Positions 62,901 to 64,000 of a stretch of 64,000 nucleotides of DNA are shown in pieces. The DNA is from a virus. The position numbers and the translations under genes were made by a program. A model generated the notes under the pieces. The model was given only the letters and a program-made list of their open reading frames with translations, made no database searches and was not told the origin of the DNA. The stretch lies in IMG/VR virus record IMGVR_UViG_3300045125_000158, positions 32,001 through 96,000 of that record; one strand, given 5' to 3'. Every line of letters starts with the position of its first letter. Position 1 is the stretch's first letter.

Positions 62901-64000
62901 GCTATACCCAGAGTATCCACTAAATCCACTATAACCGCTATATCCACTAAATCCAGAGTATCCACTAAATCCACTATAACCACTATACCCACTAAATCCA
63001 CTATAACCGCTATATCCACTAAATCCACTATAACCGCTATATCCACTAAATCCGCTATAACCGCTATATCCACTAAATCCGCTATAACCACTATATCCAC
63101 TGAATGAAGAATAGCCGCTAAATCCAGAATATCCACTATAACCAGAAAAACCACTATATCCAGACTGACCCTAGCGCCAGTTGCTCCCAGTTGCGCCTTG
63201 TTCCGAGAATATTAACCATAAAGATTCATTACCAACTGCACCTGGTTCTTTATTTGTGCTTGAAGAAAGTGCTAACCATGCTTTGCCTGTATAAACTACA
63301 AGATCGTTAGCGACATAAGCTGTAACTGAATTCCATGCGCCTTTTGCAGTTAAGCCTGTACCAGGCAGACCACTGTAACCACTGAATCCGCTATAACCGC
63401 TCGCACCAATACCTGAATAACCACTGAAGCCAGAGTAGCCACTAAATCCACTATAACCGCTGAAGCCACTATAACCACTGAACCCGCTATAGCCGCTAAA
63501 TGAAGAATAGCCACTGTATCCGCTGAAACCACTGTATCCACTGAACCCTGAATAACCTGAATAGCCACTAAATCCACTATATCCACTATATCCACTGAAA
63601 CCAGAATATCCGCTAAACCCCGAGTAGCCACTGTGACCAGAATAGCCGCTAAAACCACTATAGCCACTAAAGCCAGAATATCCGCTAAAGCTACTGTAAC
63701 CGCTAAATCCAGAATATCCACTGTATCCTGAATAACCACTAAATCCAGAATATCCACTATATGCGGAATATCCACTGTATCCAGAATATCCGCTATTGCC
63801 AGAGTCGCCCGCTCTGCTGAATGAAACAACAACAGCTTGATCCGTTAAGAAGTTGCCACCAGCACTCAGTATAGCCGTTACACTAATTCTTATTGAACCA
63901 CTAGAAGAAACAACATTTGCACTTGTAATTCTTAATAGCACAAATTGCGATGCTAAGTACGGATTAAACACACGCAAAGTACCTAGATTACCAAGATTAG
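59950..64000 (-). CDS. Very long (>1350 aa, 5'-truncated) fibre-like protein with three (Ser-Gly-Tyr/Phe)n tracts, two CBM5/12-like modules and a beta-rich C-terminal region, frameshifted
   Basis: Fragments 63171..63977, 61003..62607, 60285..61043 and 59950..60228 join across indels. Modules AWNSVTAYVANDLVVYTGKAW and VWSDSTQYYKNDIVVYQGVAW. Confidence 0.75.
61980..63800. repeat. Coding 9-bp-period repeats (three tracts: ~61980-62580, ~62750-63165, ~63370-63800)
   Basis: Plus-strand units such as atatccact, ataaccact and aaatccact encode Ser-Gly-Tyr/Phe on the minus strand with varied synonymous codons. Confidence 0.95.

Noticed and set aside
39100-63800. CRISPR array or non-coding satellite
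   Set aside because: The repeats have a 9-bp period, vary at synonymous positions and have no unique spacers.
61950-63832. Val/Ile/Asp-rich ORFs (61950..62732, 62693..63154, 63350..63832) and similar ones at 39098..39304, 40066..40281 and 41536..41718
   Set aside because: They are alternative-frame shadows of the SGY codons. Only short parts, such as the WSDSTQYYKND module, belong to the real frameshifted protein.
1-64000. Stop-codon reassignment as the cause of the fragmented ORFs
   Set aside because: At the junctions I checked (rmlB, GT polyprotein, 1653/1583, hsp20) the coding sense continues in a different frame, not through an in-frame TAG or TGA. TGA and TAA serve as real stops in ATGA/TAATG overlaps.
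1-64000. Mass pseudogenisation of a decayed prophage
   Set aside because: Active-site motifs, SD sequences and gene overlaps are intact, and the lesions are homopolymer-type indels.
1-64000. Eukaryotic giant virus (NCLDV) origin, suggested by NRS/ER, GT17 and collagen-like genes
   Set aside because: Shine-Dalgarno motifs, operon-style overlaps, intrinsic terminators, phoH and a tube-chaperone-tape measure module indicate a prokaryotic tailed virus.

Overview
AT-rich segment of what appears to be a large (jumbo/huge) tailed dsDNA phage genome. Every credible gene lies on the minus strand. The sequence is dense with single-base indels, mostly at homopolymers, which looks like long-read error, so many ORF-track entries are fragments of longer genes; I rejoined them by reading across the junctions. 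In transcription order (64 kb to 1): (i) a very long fibre-like protein built from (Ser-Gly-Tyr/Phe)n tracts and CBM5/12-like modules; (ii) a ~16 kb glycan-synthesis island with two multi-domain glycosyltransferase/methyltransferase polyproteins (GT2, GT17-like, SAM MTases), rmlB, rmlA, a plant/giant-virus-type NRS/ER epimerase-reductase, FkbM- and MycE-like methyltransferases and a GT9-like pair; (iii) a second SGY-repeat fibre plus a GC-richer beta-repeat protein; (iv) a neck-like gene, LAGLIDADG endonuclease, Hsp20, PhoH, an actin-fold ATPase, head-tail connector, tail terminator, GT4, tail tube, tail chaperones, tape measure and very large tail-tip proteins with a second GT4. The best candidate for an undescribed system is a phage-encoded virion glycosylation system: Ser-rich Gly-X-Y fibres flanking a glycan assembly line. 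Intergenic regions also share a GWCGATA motif that may be a phage promoter. All functional calls come from motif recognition by eye; no database search was run.
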